A stretch of 63,956 nt of DNA, the filler included, from Trypethelium eluteriae (Eukaryota): the NCBI GenBank assembly GCA_051942245.1. It is 3 parts of 3 records of this genome, joined end to end, with 100 filler letters (N's around TTAATTAATTAA, not from the genome) between each part and the next. Parts side by side here need not be neighbours in the genome. Positions count along the whole stretch, not along the records: positions 23,185 to 46,196 come from JAVECL010000433.1; positions 46,297 to 63,956 come from JAVECL010000583.1; 1 more part is not named here. One strand, given 5' to 3'. Both the position numbers and the translations under genes were made by a program. The notes below the pieces were generated by a model. That model was given only the letters and a program-made list of their open reading frames with translations. It was not told where the DNA came from and did no database searches. Positions 37,990-48,675 of the stretch are shown one piece after another. Each line of letters starts with the position of its first letter. Within the stretch, counting starts at the first letter, position 1.

Positions 37990-39507
37990 CGTGATGTATC
38001 CTGCGAAATGAGAATGATGAGTTGATGAGAGGCGTACTATATGTAACATGGCTGGTTAAGTCAAAGCTAGACGTGCAAACGCTGCAAAACACTTTGTGTA
38101 ACCCGATAGTACCAACCTCACCACACTTATCTTTACCTAGACTCGCAGTAGTGTACTCATACATCTGATAAAACTAGAGATAAGCATCTCAAACAATACC
38201 TCTTTAAACAGGCTAGAATACTGAGCAAAGAAGTAGGATTGAATCTATAGGGGCGCATCAGACGTCTGAGCATTTTTCTTCACCCTTAGTGCCGAAAGAT
38301 GCATGATAATGGTTGACTTTAGTAGTGAAGACGAGAGAGTTAAATAAAAATACATGTAGACACACAGTGATGGAAAGGTCGACCTTCATCACTGCATTGA
38401 ACAACAAGTTGCTCGCGCACCGTCATTTCAGGTATGGAATCTCGACACGCAAGCACCTACGCCGTCTGAATCAAGATCAAAGTGTGTACAAGAAGTCATC
38501 CCAAAACTAATGCAATGAACGAAAATCCTAAAGAGAATGCATATGCTCCATACTGTTTAGTGAAAAGGTTCATGCACAATCCCCACTCTCCAATATACTC
38601 TCAGTCACCATGGCTATCTGAAAGTAGTGAAATATGAAATAGAGTTGTAGGCTCTTACGTACTTTAGGCCCTAGCAGCCCAATGCTTTACCTCATGAGGG
38701 GAGAGCGGTGATCTAGTCCCGAATCTAGATGCAGACTCGGGGTCGGGCCGCATGCCTAAAATGACTCGCCAAGGTTTCAACGTGCATTCGTGTTATGATG
38801 GGCCGTAGTCGACCTTTGCACTCCTCGATCTCCTCCCTCCCTTGTCCCTGATGAGACGATAATGTTCGCATGTTCGACGCGTAAGACCAATCCCTTCGAA
38901 TATGGACAAGCTGCACGAAAGTAAGGGAGTTGGGCATCGAAACGTGGTACAGTAGGAGACGCCTTGAAAGTAGGATGTTGCGTTGCTCTGGAAGCTAACT
39001 CAAGTATGTCCGGTGATAGTTGTCAAGCAATGGTAGGGGGCCGGAATGCCCTCCGCTTGCTCAATGCGCAAAATCAAGGAAGATGGAAGGCCGATCGACC
39101 TCCTGTTGTAACTTGGGAGGAGGAAAGGTGCGGCGCAGAAAAGAAATCGAAGACAATGAAGCTTCATTGTGCAAGCTCGCTGGTTCTGAACAGCACGATA
39201 ATGCAGAAGGCCAAGAAACCCAGCGCCAACTAGAATTCAGAGAATCGGTCGTTTCCAGGGTGATCCGAGGACCTCAAATTGAGTGATTTGAGAGAAAATG
39301 CCCCCGACGATCATATCTTAAAGTCAAATGTTGCCGTAATAACGTATAAGCTCTTGAGAATCAACAACGTCGGGTTCCAGCTCCGATTTGGGTATTAAAC
39401 AATGTTTCCGAACAAATGCACTGAGCCGCAAGATCACTGGAGGTGGGAGTTTAGTCACAAAGCATCCATTGCAGGTTGCGGAGTGAGTTCGCATACAACA
39501 TATGGCT

Positions 39508-39717
39508 TCAAACTCTAGCAGCTCCAATCTTGTCTTTTCCGCTGCGGTGTTTTGATGACTTCTCTGAACAGTTCCAGCATAGCTGGTAGGTAACCTTGGT
39601 GTAGAGCTGAGGACACCGCATCATGCCAAGTGACCTCCCTTTCTCGCACCAGTTTCGTGAAATCGTCCAGCAGTCTCCGCAATCATTACTGCAGATGACA
39701 AGCGTTCTGCCGCACAT
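39508..39717 (-). CDS. Cys-rich microprotein (69 aa), putative zinc-binding
   Basis: MCGRTLVICSNDCGDCWTISRNWCEKGRSLGMMRCPQLYTKVTYQLCWNC...; TATAAG about 90 nt upstream on the minus strand; AAGATG start context. Confidence 0.55.
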   Translation of the reverse strand: MCGRTLVICSNDCGDCWTISRNWCEKGRSLGMMRCPQLYTKVTYQLCWNCSEKSSKHRSGKDKIGAARV

Positions 39718-40941
39718 CTTCAAAGATACGATATCGGGGCGTTCCGAGGGGGTTTAAATTTTCAGAGGCTTGGGATCAACACAAAGCTGAAACGAAGAGC
39801 CTCAAACTTATAGGTTCTCAAACAATAACAAGATTTTCAGGAACTTTTTAAAAGTAGCGGTGGGGGGTCTTCTCAGCACGCGATTCGGAAGCGATCACGA
39901 AAAATGACATAACGTAAAACGACGAGACGCGTCCCAACTTCCCGGAACCGGATGCGAGCTGAAAAAAGACGAGAAACGAGAAAGACGAACAAACAGATAC
40001 ACACCCTTGGACACAACGATGGGAGCCATGGGTGCGCGAGCCGATGCAAATAAGCGGCGGGCACAAGCTGCAAAGGAACCTTCCGAATCACCAACTCACC
40101 TTGAAGCGGCATGCCGCGAGAACGGAGCTACGCATAGCACGTCGCTCCACGGCCGAATCCTGATACAGTTGTGAGCTTGTTAGCACAATACTGGCGTGGG
40201 GACCTAGGGGGAAAGTGGGTAAGGGGGGGAGGGTGTGCTAGCTACGAGGCTGGACCCAAAAAAGAAAAAATGTACTCCGTAATGACGATAAGGACGGTAG
40301 GCGGGCCGGCGGGTCATCCTTTAGGCTGTCCCTCCCTCGTTCCGTACACTGCCTGGCTGCCACCACGAGTGACACGTCTGTCAACGCAAGGCTGCAGTAG
40401 CTGTCAGCCGGGGAGCGAGCTTCCGCGGCCAATGAACCGACTAGTTGGCCCCTGATGAGTTCAGTCTGGCGGTCAGAGAATGGGGTCTGAACGTTATTCT
40501 AGCAAATGACAAAGATGAGGAAGAAAGGGTCTTCGGGTCGAGAGAAGGCGTCAGAAGTTGTGACGGAAGATTCTGCCCAAAGTGGGGTGGTGGGATTGCG
40601 GGGGTTTCGCTCAAGGTTCGTGGGGATGTGGGGAGATGTAAGGCCTGCGCTTGTACCGCTGTACCCTATTTTGACTACAATTCTTTATTTTTCTTCTGCT
40701 GTCTTATGCCGTTACAGAAATCTAGCCAGATTCAGCGAAAAGAAGAGTCCATTCAAGGTGCAGTGGAAGACATTGGTGGTTTTTTTTTTTTCTTGTGACA
40801 AGGCTAGGACATACTCTACCTTCCGCTACATCAAAATCCGTCCCACTGTGATTTACCTCTTTGCTCCTTCTAGTCAGCATGTCGTGTATATGAGATAGAT
40901 ATACTCATCATCCTGTCTATCACTCACCATCTTTCACCGGT

Positions 40942-43059
40942 ATGTCAATGCCAAAACCTCCTGTTCTTTGGCGGCCCCCGACGCCCGGCTCGACCTCCAT
41001 GGATGCTTACAGACGTCATGTAAATGCAAAATTTAATGTCTCACTCGACAACTCGAGAGAGTTGCATCGATGGAGCGTCGATCATCCACAGGAATTCTGG
41101 CTAGATGTGTATGGCTATCTCAATCTTACACCACCTTTACCATTCGGGCTGACCAAGGCGTACAACGCGTCACTTCCTATGAGCTCCGTCCCACCATTTT
41201 ATGAGGGATTAGAGCTCAACTACGCCGAGAACGCTCTGGAAGGCCAAGACCCAAATGGACTCGCACTCATTGGCTTGAGAGAAGGAGAAGGTCTGGAGGG
41301 TGAACGCCTAACATGGGCCGAACTCAAAGACAAAGTGCGAAGAGTCAGCAGTGCATTGCGAAGGACTGGAGTGCAAAGAGGAGACGTGGTTGCCGCTTTA
41401 GTGTCTAACTCTGTCGCTGCTATAATTCTATTTCTCGCCAGCGCCACCATCAGTGCGGTCTATACGAGCATTGCACCGGATCTCGGCACGGCAGGATGTG
41501 TCAACCGCCTTCAGCAAGTGACGCCGCGCATTCTCTTCGTTGATTCCCATGCCACATACAAAGGCCGCCGATCCTCTATGATCCCAAAAACCGAGTCTAT
41601 TCTATCCCAACTCTCAATAAGGCCCACCGTGTACATTGTTCCGATCACCTCTGCCAAGGACTACCATCCAAGCCGCTTCCTCACTCTCGACTCCTTCCTC
41701 ACGCATGCCTCGGCATTGGACACTCTTTCATACACCCGTCTCCCTTTCGCCTCCCCCTTGACCATTGTCTATAGCTCCGGCACCACCGGTCCTCCAAAAT
41801 GCATTGTCCACCACCACGGCCTGATCCTGCAACTAAAGAAGATTTCTCTCCTGCATAACTCGCTTGGCCCCGCCGACACCGTCCTCCAATACAGCTCCAC
41901 CTCCTGGATCATGTTCTACGTCATGAACGGACATCTCACCACCGGCGCCACCACCATCGCCTACGACGGCTCGCCCCTGTACCCTTCCCCACGCCAGCTC
42001 CTCCGCATCTGCGCCCACCACCGCGTCACATTCTTCGGCACCTCCCCACGCTACCTCGCCGAGCTAGAGAAAGCGCAGTGCGTGCCCCGGGCTGAATTCG
42101 ACCTCCGCCATCTGCGCATGGTGAACATGACCGGCGCGCCGCTGTCAGCAGACCAGTACCGCTGGTTCTATGCGACTTTCCCGCCGAGCACGCATCTCTG
42201 CAATGTGGCGGGTGGCACTGATATCGCGACGTCGCTGTGTGCGGCCGACCCCGCAGGCCCGCTGTATCTCGGGGAGATGCAGATGCATGGCCTCGGGATG
42301 GATGTGGATGTGGCAGACCCAGACACGGGCCAATCGATCAGGGGACAGGTGGATCGGGACGAGAGTGGGAGGTGGATGGTGAGACCGGGAGAGCTGGTCG
42401 TGCGGAAGCCGTTTCCGAGTATGCCAGCATTTTTCTGGGGAGACGCGGATGGGAGCGTTTACCGAGCCGCGTATTTCGAGCGGTGGAGGGATGTTGATTG
42501 TTTCGCGATGCATGATTGGATTTCTGTGAACCCAGAGACAGGAGGGATAATGATGCATGGACGAAGGTGCGTCGCCTGCTATCCCATATGCCAATTTGTC
42601 ACCTTCCCCACTGATGAGCAGTTTTTTCTTAGTGATGGTGTTCTCAATCCTTCTGGGATCAGATTCGGCAGTGGCGAGATATATTCGATTTGTGAAGGTC
42701 CGGCTTTCAATTCCGAGATCGCGGAGACGCTGTGTGTCGGCCGACGCCGCCCTCACGATAGAGATGAGACGGTCTTCCTTTTCGTAAAGATGAATCCAGG
42801 ACATGAATTTTCTGATAGTTTGCTGAACCGTCTCCGGGAAACTATCAGGGCCGAATTGTCGGCACGCCACGTGCCGCAATTCATCCTCGAGGTTGAGGAA
42901 ATACCTGTAACAATAAATGGAAAGAAAGTCGAGACGGCCGTAAAACAGCTCATTAGCGGAAAAGATATCAAAGTAAGCTCGACCGTCGTAAATCCGGACT
43001 GCCTGCTGGATTACAAAAAGTACCGTGGTCATGAAGATCGCCGCGCCGCAAAGCTGTAG
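40942..43059 (+). CDS. Acetoacetyl-CoA synthetase (ANL/AMP-binding family), one intron at 42567-42632
   Basis: LNYAEN, YSSGTTGPPKCIVH, SWIMFY, FFGTSPRYL, GGTDI, PFPSMPAFFWGD, spliced HGRSDGVLNPSGIRFGSGEIY, TINGKKVE; ends in AKL. Confidence 0.93.
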   Translation: MSMPKPPVLWRPPTPGSTSMDAYRRHVNAKFNVSLDNSRELHRWSVDHPQEFWLDVYGYLNLTPPLPFGLTKAYNASLPMSSVPPFYEGLELNYAENALEGQDPNGLALIGLREGEGLEGERLTWAELKDKVRRVSSALRRTGVQRGDVVAALVSNSVAAIILFLASATISAVYTSIAPDLGTAGCVNRLQQVTPRILFVDSHATYKGRRSSMIPKTESILSQLSIRPTVYIVPITSAKDYHPSRFLTLDSFLTHASALDTLSYTRLPFASPLTIVYSSGTTGPPKCIVHHHGLILQLKKISLLHNSLGPADTVLQYSSTSWIMFYVMNGHLTTGATTIAYDGSPLYPSPRQLLRICAHHRVTFFGTSPRYLAELEKAQCVPRAEFDLRHLRMVNMTGAPLSADQYRWFYATFPPSTHLCNVAGGTDIATSLCAADPAGPLYLGEMQMHGLGMDVDVADPDTGQSIRGQVDRDESGRWMVRPGELVVRKPFPSMPAFFWGDADGSVYRAAYFERWRDVDCFAMHDWISVNPETGGIMMHGRRCVACYPICQFVTFPTDEQFFLSDGVLNPSGIRFGSGEIYSICEGPAFNSEIAETLCVGRRRPHDRDETVFLFVKMNPGHEFSDSLLNRLRETIRAELSARHVPQFILEVEEIPVTINGKKVETAVKQLISGKDIKVSSTVVNPDCLLDYKKYRGHEDRRAAKL

Positions 43060-43158
43060 GATATAGATGCTCCAGATGCCCATGACTCCATAGAATGCAA
43101 TGCAGATATTCGAAAAAAAGATGCGTAATGTTCGCGTATGCTTTTTGGGTCCACCTCT

Positions 43159-44826
43159 TCAACTGGTCAAAATGGCGCAAATCGGGCTTTGCCATCCGAC
43201 TGACCATCGGACACCTCCCAGAATGGCGACTACTAGGCTGAATCCCAGACCAATAGTCGCCATTCCATAGATGTACGCGTGAGCTCTCCTTAATCCATTC
43301 AGTTCTCCCACCCACGTGCTCACCGTTGTCAAGCACCCACAAAACCCATCCATGATTCCCTGTAGGATTTGACAGCTCAACACACCGCCTCCAACGCCAC
43401 GTGGACCGAAGTTCAAAGACACATGTTGTAGATCATAAGCCATCCCCAGCACCGCAGTTCCTAACATGTTTACCGCGAATGTTCCGAGCGGAAACGATGC
43501 GACGAGCCCATTGAGTCTGAGGGAGGCATAGAACCGCAAAAGACAACCAACGGGCGCAAAGACTAGGGCAAAAAGGACCTGGCCGCGCCAGTTCTGGTTT
43601 GGTGGCCAAATTGCCATAAAAATTGCGCCGAGCCAGCTGCCCCAACCTAAGACGACGACAATTGGCTCGAGGATCCGACGGGTGGGTTTGAACGGGATAG
43701 TGGGTAGGTATGGTTGAACGAAAATGGCCATGTGGGCACCGAGCTTTAGACCGCCAATACTCAAGGCAACGGTGGTAATAATGACGGCGAGGGCGGCCTC
43801 AAAGCTAAAGCCGCCATTGCGATGGATGGTTGAGCTTACCTTCGGGACGTCACCAGGAGCCGTAGGATGATAAAGCGGGGCCGCGAGGTTGTTTGAAAGC
43901 GCGAGAAAGGCATCGCGCATGAAGGATGAAAAGGAAGTAAAAGATCCGCAGAAGCCAGTCGAGAGACCAATATAGAGCGGCAATTGTTTCTTGACCGCCG
44001 CATGAGCTTTTTTTGCTTCCTCGGGATCATAGTCTTCCTTCTTGGGATTCACGACGTTCATGTAGCCCTTGCGTGACAAGCCCCATTCTTCAGCAAAGAG
44101 CATGCGGTCTTCTGCAAGGAAGCCCAGGAACACACTGCCGCCAAAATTCGCCCAGAGAACACTTGTCGTGACAACTGCCCCCGTATAGAAGCCCAGCCAT
44201 TCCACCCCAAGCCTTGAGAGAGTCCCGAATATGGAGAAGAAGAGCAGGTATGATATTGTGTACATCTCGGTCGCAGCCCTGTTGATTTTAGCTGGCTCGG
44301 AAGAAAGCTTCTCCCATGGTCGCGAAGGTATGCGCTCTTCTAATGTATGCGGGGGAAGATCCGGATTAAACAGGGTTGCGCTTCCACGCATGGGTCGCGC
44401 TACTGATGCCTGCTGCGTGACGATGTTTTGAAGTTCTGACAGGTCAACTCCTGCATTTGCGAAATTGCTTGCAGACCTTCCGCTTCGTCGGGACTCTCGC
44501 TTCGATGAGCGTCGCTGGTCCTCTAGATGGTCACTGAATCTTTCTGTTCTTGGATCGACTGGGGAAGGGCCATTTAGTTCAGTGAGATTTTGGAAATTTT
44601 CAGGTACCGCATCCTCGTCATTCGAGTTCTCGTCCCCATATTGTGCGTATATCCAGTTGCCACTGGCCGTACGAGGAGCTCTCGTCTCTGAAACCGCACT
44701 CCCTCTTGACCCGCGCTGCTGGTCATAGTGACTGCTTCTTCGAGTGAGAGTTGGAGGGGTACCTGATCTCGAATGGTCCGATCTCGAAACTGAGCTCGCT
44801 CGCAGCCAGCTTTTGTTCGGGTCCAT
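43159..44826 (-). CDS. FEX1: FEX-type fluoride export channel (two CrcB/Fluc domains)
   Basis: GTLSRLG, WANFGGS, GLSTGFCGSFTSFSSF in domain 1; GCLLRF, FPLGTFAVN, GIMDGFCGCLTTVSTW in domain 2. Confidence 0.9.
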   Translation of the reverse strand: MDPNKSWLRASSVSRSDHSRSGTPPTLTRRSSHYDQQRGSRGSAVSETRAPRTASGNWIYAQYGDENSNDEDAVPENFQNLTELNGPSPVDPRTERFSDHLEDQRRSSKRESRRSGRSASNFANAGVDLSELQNIVTQQASVARPMRGSATLFNPDLPPHTLEERIPSRPWEKLSSEPAKINRAATEMYTISYLLFFSIFGTLSRLGVEWLGFYTGAVVTTSVLWANFGGSVFLGFLAEDRMLFAEEWGLSRKGYMNVVNPKKEDYDPEEAKKAHAAVKKQLPLYIGLSTGFCGSFTSFSSFMRDAFLALSNNLAAPLYHPTAPGDVPKVSSTIHRNGGFSFEAALAVIITTVALSIGGLKLGAHMAIFVQPYLPTIPFKPTRRILEPIVVVLGWGSWLGAIFMAIWPPNQNWRGQVLFALVFAPVGCLLRFYASLRLNGLVASFPLGTFAVNMLGTAVLGMAYDLQHVSLNFGPRGVGGGVLSCQILQGIMDGFCGCLTTVSTWVGELNGLRRAHAYIYGMATIGLGFSLVVAILGGVRWSVGWQSPICAILTS

Positions 44827-45446
44827 CCCCCAAGGGACGAGGCCGTGACTTCAAGAAGCCCTAGGATAATGAACAGAGAAGCGTGACGAAGTCAGAGTTG
44901 TGGATTCTTGGCTGATTTTGTGAAGCCACATGTGGGTCAAGGTACCGAAAAGCCCGAGACAGCAGCGCTAGACAAGGATCAGTGTAGTCTCATTCCGTAG
45001 CAGGGACTTGATACAATCCCCTGCTTTCTCACGTGTCTGTCTCGCCCCATTAAGCCTGACAGGGACATGACTCAGAAATAATTAATAGCGCAGGTCGATC
45101 ATCTCAAATTCTTCGGTACGGTGGTACAGATGACAAGAACCATTCACCCATTGTCAGGTCCGATTTTGTCCTTCCGCGACTGGCCGGGAACGCCAATCAA
45201 CTCCCGTGCCTGAGGCAAGGCTTGGCGATCAGAACCAGCAGGCTGGGTCTGGCGTCGCCACTTGCATTGACTCAGCCTCTTGCTGTGTTTGTCAAAATGC
45301 GGCTATTGGCGGTGTACAGGAGATCAGTAGACCTGCACAACAGGGCAACCATTCATAGGAATGATTCTGCACCGACTCTCCGACCCTGGCAGCGTGCTCC
45401 TTTCAGCACCACGTTGTGCGTGCAGCTCACGGTGATCTGATCCATC

Positions 45447-46196
45447 ATGGCGGCAGATCTTCCATCTAATGTTCACGTTTCTAAACATCCTTGCCTTCGC
45501 GCAAAGCTCTCTCAATTGCGCTCCGAAAACACCAATGCAAGAGAGACCAAACTGTTGATACATGAGATAGCGACGATCGTCGCTTGCGAGGCTCTCTCCG
45601 AAAGCTTCGACGCCGTCCCACATGGCGTCGTGAGTAGTCCTCCCACCTTCTTCTATAGGCATTCTGATTGGAATTCCAAGGCGAAGCAGACCTCACCAGC
45701 TGACAATTGGCTTCGAATTCTTGCTAGGGCCGATCGCCTCTCGGTTACGATTACAACGCTGAAACCATCACACCCTCTCATATCTGTCTCATCCCCATCT
45801 TGCGCTCAGGTCTCGGCATGATTGACGGTACGTCGGAAGCGCCACCTCCACAAACCCCCCGCAATTCCTCCATACCGTCCACAGCTCTCCTCCAAACCAC
45901 ATATGCTTGTACCACTCGTTCTCTCAGCCCCCAGCCTGGCGTCCCACCTCCCCGACGTGCACCTTTCAACTCTTAGCATTTCACACCAGAATTCTTAGCG
46001 CCCACATCCCAAATTCGAAGTTCCCCTAGACCCCGAAAACTGACCCAATTGAACGATCTACAGCCCTACAGTCCATCCTTCCTCTCCCAGTTCCCATCCA
46101 CCACCTGGGCCTGTACCGCGAAAGTTCCGCCCTTGGCGTCGTAGAATACTACAACAAGCTCCCCGACCAAAAAACCCGCTCCTCAGACCCTCCCAC
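45447..46196 (+). CDS. Uracil phosphoribosyltransferase, 3' part lost in gap (exons 45447-45629, 45728-45827, 46064-46196)
   Basis: VHVSKHPCLRAKLSQLR, LIPILRSGLGM, HHLGLYRE, VEYYNKLP match Upp-type UPRTases. Confidence 0.9.
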
Positions 46197-46296
46197 NNNN
46201 NNNNNNNNNNNNNNNNNNNNNNNNNNNNNNNNNNNNNNNNTTAATTAATTAANNNNNNNNNNNNNNNNNNNNNNNNNNNNNNNNNNNNNNNNNNNN
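46197..46296. other. Artificial contig linker N44-TTAATTAATTAA-N44
   Basis: Same 100-nt structure as 23085-23184. Confidence 0.97.
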
Positions 46297-47016
46297 GAGG
46301 AGGAGAAGTGAGGGGAGATGGGTCGCCGGTCCTTTTCTTTTCTTTTTTTTTTTAATAGCATTTGCTTAGTTTGCTTTAAAATGAACTCGCCATATTCAAA
46401 TGCCGAACTATCTTGCAAAGCCCTTCCTGATGACCGCAGTTTAGGCTGGGGGCCTCCCCGTTCAAAAAGAGTGAAAATAGCCCGACCATCACCCACACAT
46501 ACCCCTTACTCTTTGAGTGTCGTTTTCCCTTCCATTACTCTACCCTTGGAATTATGAGTTGCACATTCTCTAGTTCTCATCTGAAGAGGTCCTCAAATGG
46601 GTCGAGACATGTCTACAATCCCAACCCTTATCCAGCCAGAAAGGTTGAGTCAAGATCCTACGGTAAATTTTAACAGATTATCATATCACAATCCCTTTCT
46701 ACGTAAAGTCACGCTGCGAAGTACTTCCGACTCCAAATTTGGGAAAGTAAAGACTGCCAATCCGTCTGTCATCAGAAGGTTCGCAAACGTTTCTTCGAGA
46801 TGAGCTACATCTCTAAGATAGCAATACCCGTTGTCAATTCGATAACCTATCATACAAAGGTTTTCGATGTGGTGATGTCATTCGCAAGCACTAAAGCTGG
46901 ATTTTCAATCTTTTGTTCCATTCAGCTTTCCATTCACATATGGTGACCTTGGCGAATGGATCTTTGCATCGTAACCCCCATCGGTTTCCAAAGAGGACGA
47001 AGATTCAGTCTGACTT

Positions 47017-48675
47017 CTATCGTCTCCTAGACCAACTCAAGCGAACGTCCCTTGGATTCTTCATTTGAAGGGTTATCGCTGTGATGGCTGAGTCCTCGAT
47101 CATCCTTTCCAATCGTTCTCTGGTTCTTTGCGCGGTCTCGTTGTCCTTTGCTTTAGGAGTCACGGTGTAGTCACGAAAAATTGCAGCCATGACTGCCGTG
47201 AATTCAACCTGGGAGAATTTTTTACCAGGACAGACTCTTGGTCCTCCAGCCCACGCGATGAAAGCCCCTGGCGGAGGGTCAACGAGCTCCTCCTCTCCAG
47301 GGACGCCAGATTTGACGATCCATCGATCTGGTCGCCATTGCAGCGCATCAGCGCCCCAAATCTGCGGGTCACAGTGAAGCGCTTGCGAGTTTGCTATTAC
47401 GAACGTATTTGGAGGTATGAGATACTCGGTCTCATTGATTGACACGACTTGGGCTAGGCTGCCGGTAGCCTTGGGAAGGAAGACCGTCGACCCGTGAATG
47501 CGAAGTGTTTCGAGCTGAATCGCTTGGCAACGTCTAAGTCGTGGATACATATGTTCGTAATTCCAGTCTTCAACGCTAGATGACTTTCCCAAAACCGTTC
47601 TCAACTCCTCACAGATCCAGTCCTGCCATTGTGGCGCTGCGGCCAGGTAGGCAATCGAGGTGGCCACAGCATTTGCAGTCGTTTCATGGCCAGCCATGTT
47701 GTATATGAACAGATTACCGTAAAGCTCGTCATCGCTCAGGCCATGCTTTTCGGCCTGCGATGCTTGAACCAGGGCACCGAGTAGATTGTGCGCCTCACTA
47801 TCTTTATTCTCTGCCACGGAGGCTTTTACGCCTTCAATCATCTCTTTCATGTATAGTTTAAACTCTTGGCATGCTTGGCCCACCCTTCGTACTTTTGCAG
47901 GCAAAAATGAAGATGTCATGAAATTCATCGGGAGCATGACGAGCATTGTAAAATTTGTCAAAACTAGGAAGAGAGCGTCGCGGTAACTCATTTCATGCGG
48001 TGCCTCAATTTTATTCTTTGCGTCTTTGAATGCGTACTGGATGCCAAGCCCGGCATGGCTGAGAACATGCAAGGCCAAGGTCGCAGTGTCTCTTGCGACA
48101 TCTGGGGTCCCCTCAGAACAGGAAGTCCATTCTTGAAGCATTTGACTCGCTTGTCGGAGGCTTTCTGACCAGACTGAAGAACTGACACGCTCATTGAAGC
48201 TTGGAGCTGTAAGCTTCCGATGCCTCTGCCATGTTTCTCCTTCCACAGAGTCCAGATTTTTACCAAATGCATTCAATCCATCGTACATGATAGCCGGCTT
48301 GACGAAATCTTTTCTTCTAGTAAGAATGTTATGGACTGCTGATGGGTCTGCAATGATTACTTCATTAAGGCTGGGCGTACAAAGTACGAAAGCCGGTCCA
48401 AACTCATCATGAGCTGCATGTTTGTCATCGAATTGCCATCCCAAGTAAGTATATCTGGCCCACCTCCCAACGTTAAAAGGTAGCGACTGTAAAAGCGGAA
48501 TTACAGGTGGCAGAAGTTTGTAGGTGATTATGAACAATGGGTTCAAGGTACCAGTTGGACTCAGAACGATTGGCAAGTTGATTCTTCGGGCTAATTGATA
48601 GTTCTTGAAGAGGCAGACACCTGTCCAAGCAGCCCAAGTTGTGAGCAAAATAGACAAGGGAATGAGAACATGCAT
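47017..48675 (-). CDS. Cytochrome P450 monooxygenase, intronless
   Basis: N-terminal membrane anchor, WQRHRK, I-helix AGHETTA, ETLR, WRPDRW, heme motif WAGGPRVCPG. Confidence 0.95.
   Translation of the reverse strand: MHVLIPLSILLTTWAAWTGVCLFKNYQLARRINLPIVLSPTGTLNPLFIITYKLLPPVIPLLQSLPFNVGRWARYTYLGWQFDDKHAAHDEFGPAFVLCTPSLNEVIIADPSAVHNILTRRKDFVKPAIMYDGLNAFGKNLDSVEGETWQRHRKLTAPSFNERVSSSVWSESLRQASQMLQEWTSCSEGTPDVARDTATLALHVLSHAGLGIQYAFKDAKNKIEAPHEMSYRDALFLVLTNFTMLVMLPMNFMTSSFLPAKVRRVGQACQEFKLYMKEMIEGVKASVAENKDSEAHNLLGALVQASQAEKHGLSDDELYGNLFIYNMAGHETTANAVATSIAYLAAAPQWQDWICEELRTVLGKSSSVEDWNYEHMYPRLRRCQAIQLETLRIHGSTVFLPKATGSLAQVVSINETEYLIPPNTFVIANSQALHCDPQIWGADALQWRPDRWIVKSGVPGEEELVDPPPGAFIAWAGGPRVCPGKKFSQVEFTAVMAAIFRDYTVTPKAKDNETAQRTRERLERMIEDSAITAITLQMKNPRDVRLSWSRRR

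Noticed and set aside
40942..48675. Acyl-CoA synthetase, FEX, UPRT and P450 as a fluoro-metabolite cluster
   Set aside because: All are widespread housekeeping-type genes, no fluorinase or dehalogenase is present, and the P450 lies across a synthetic contig junction.
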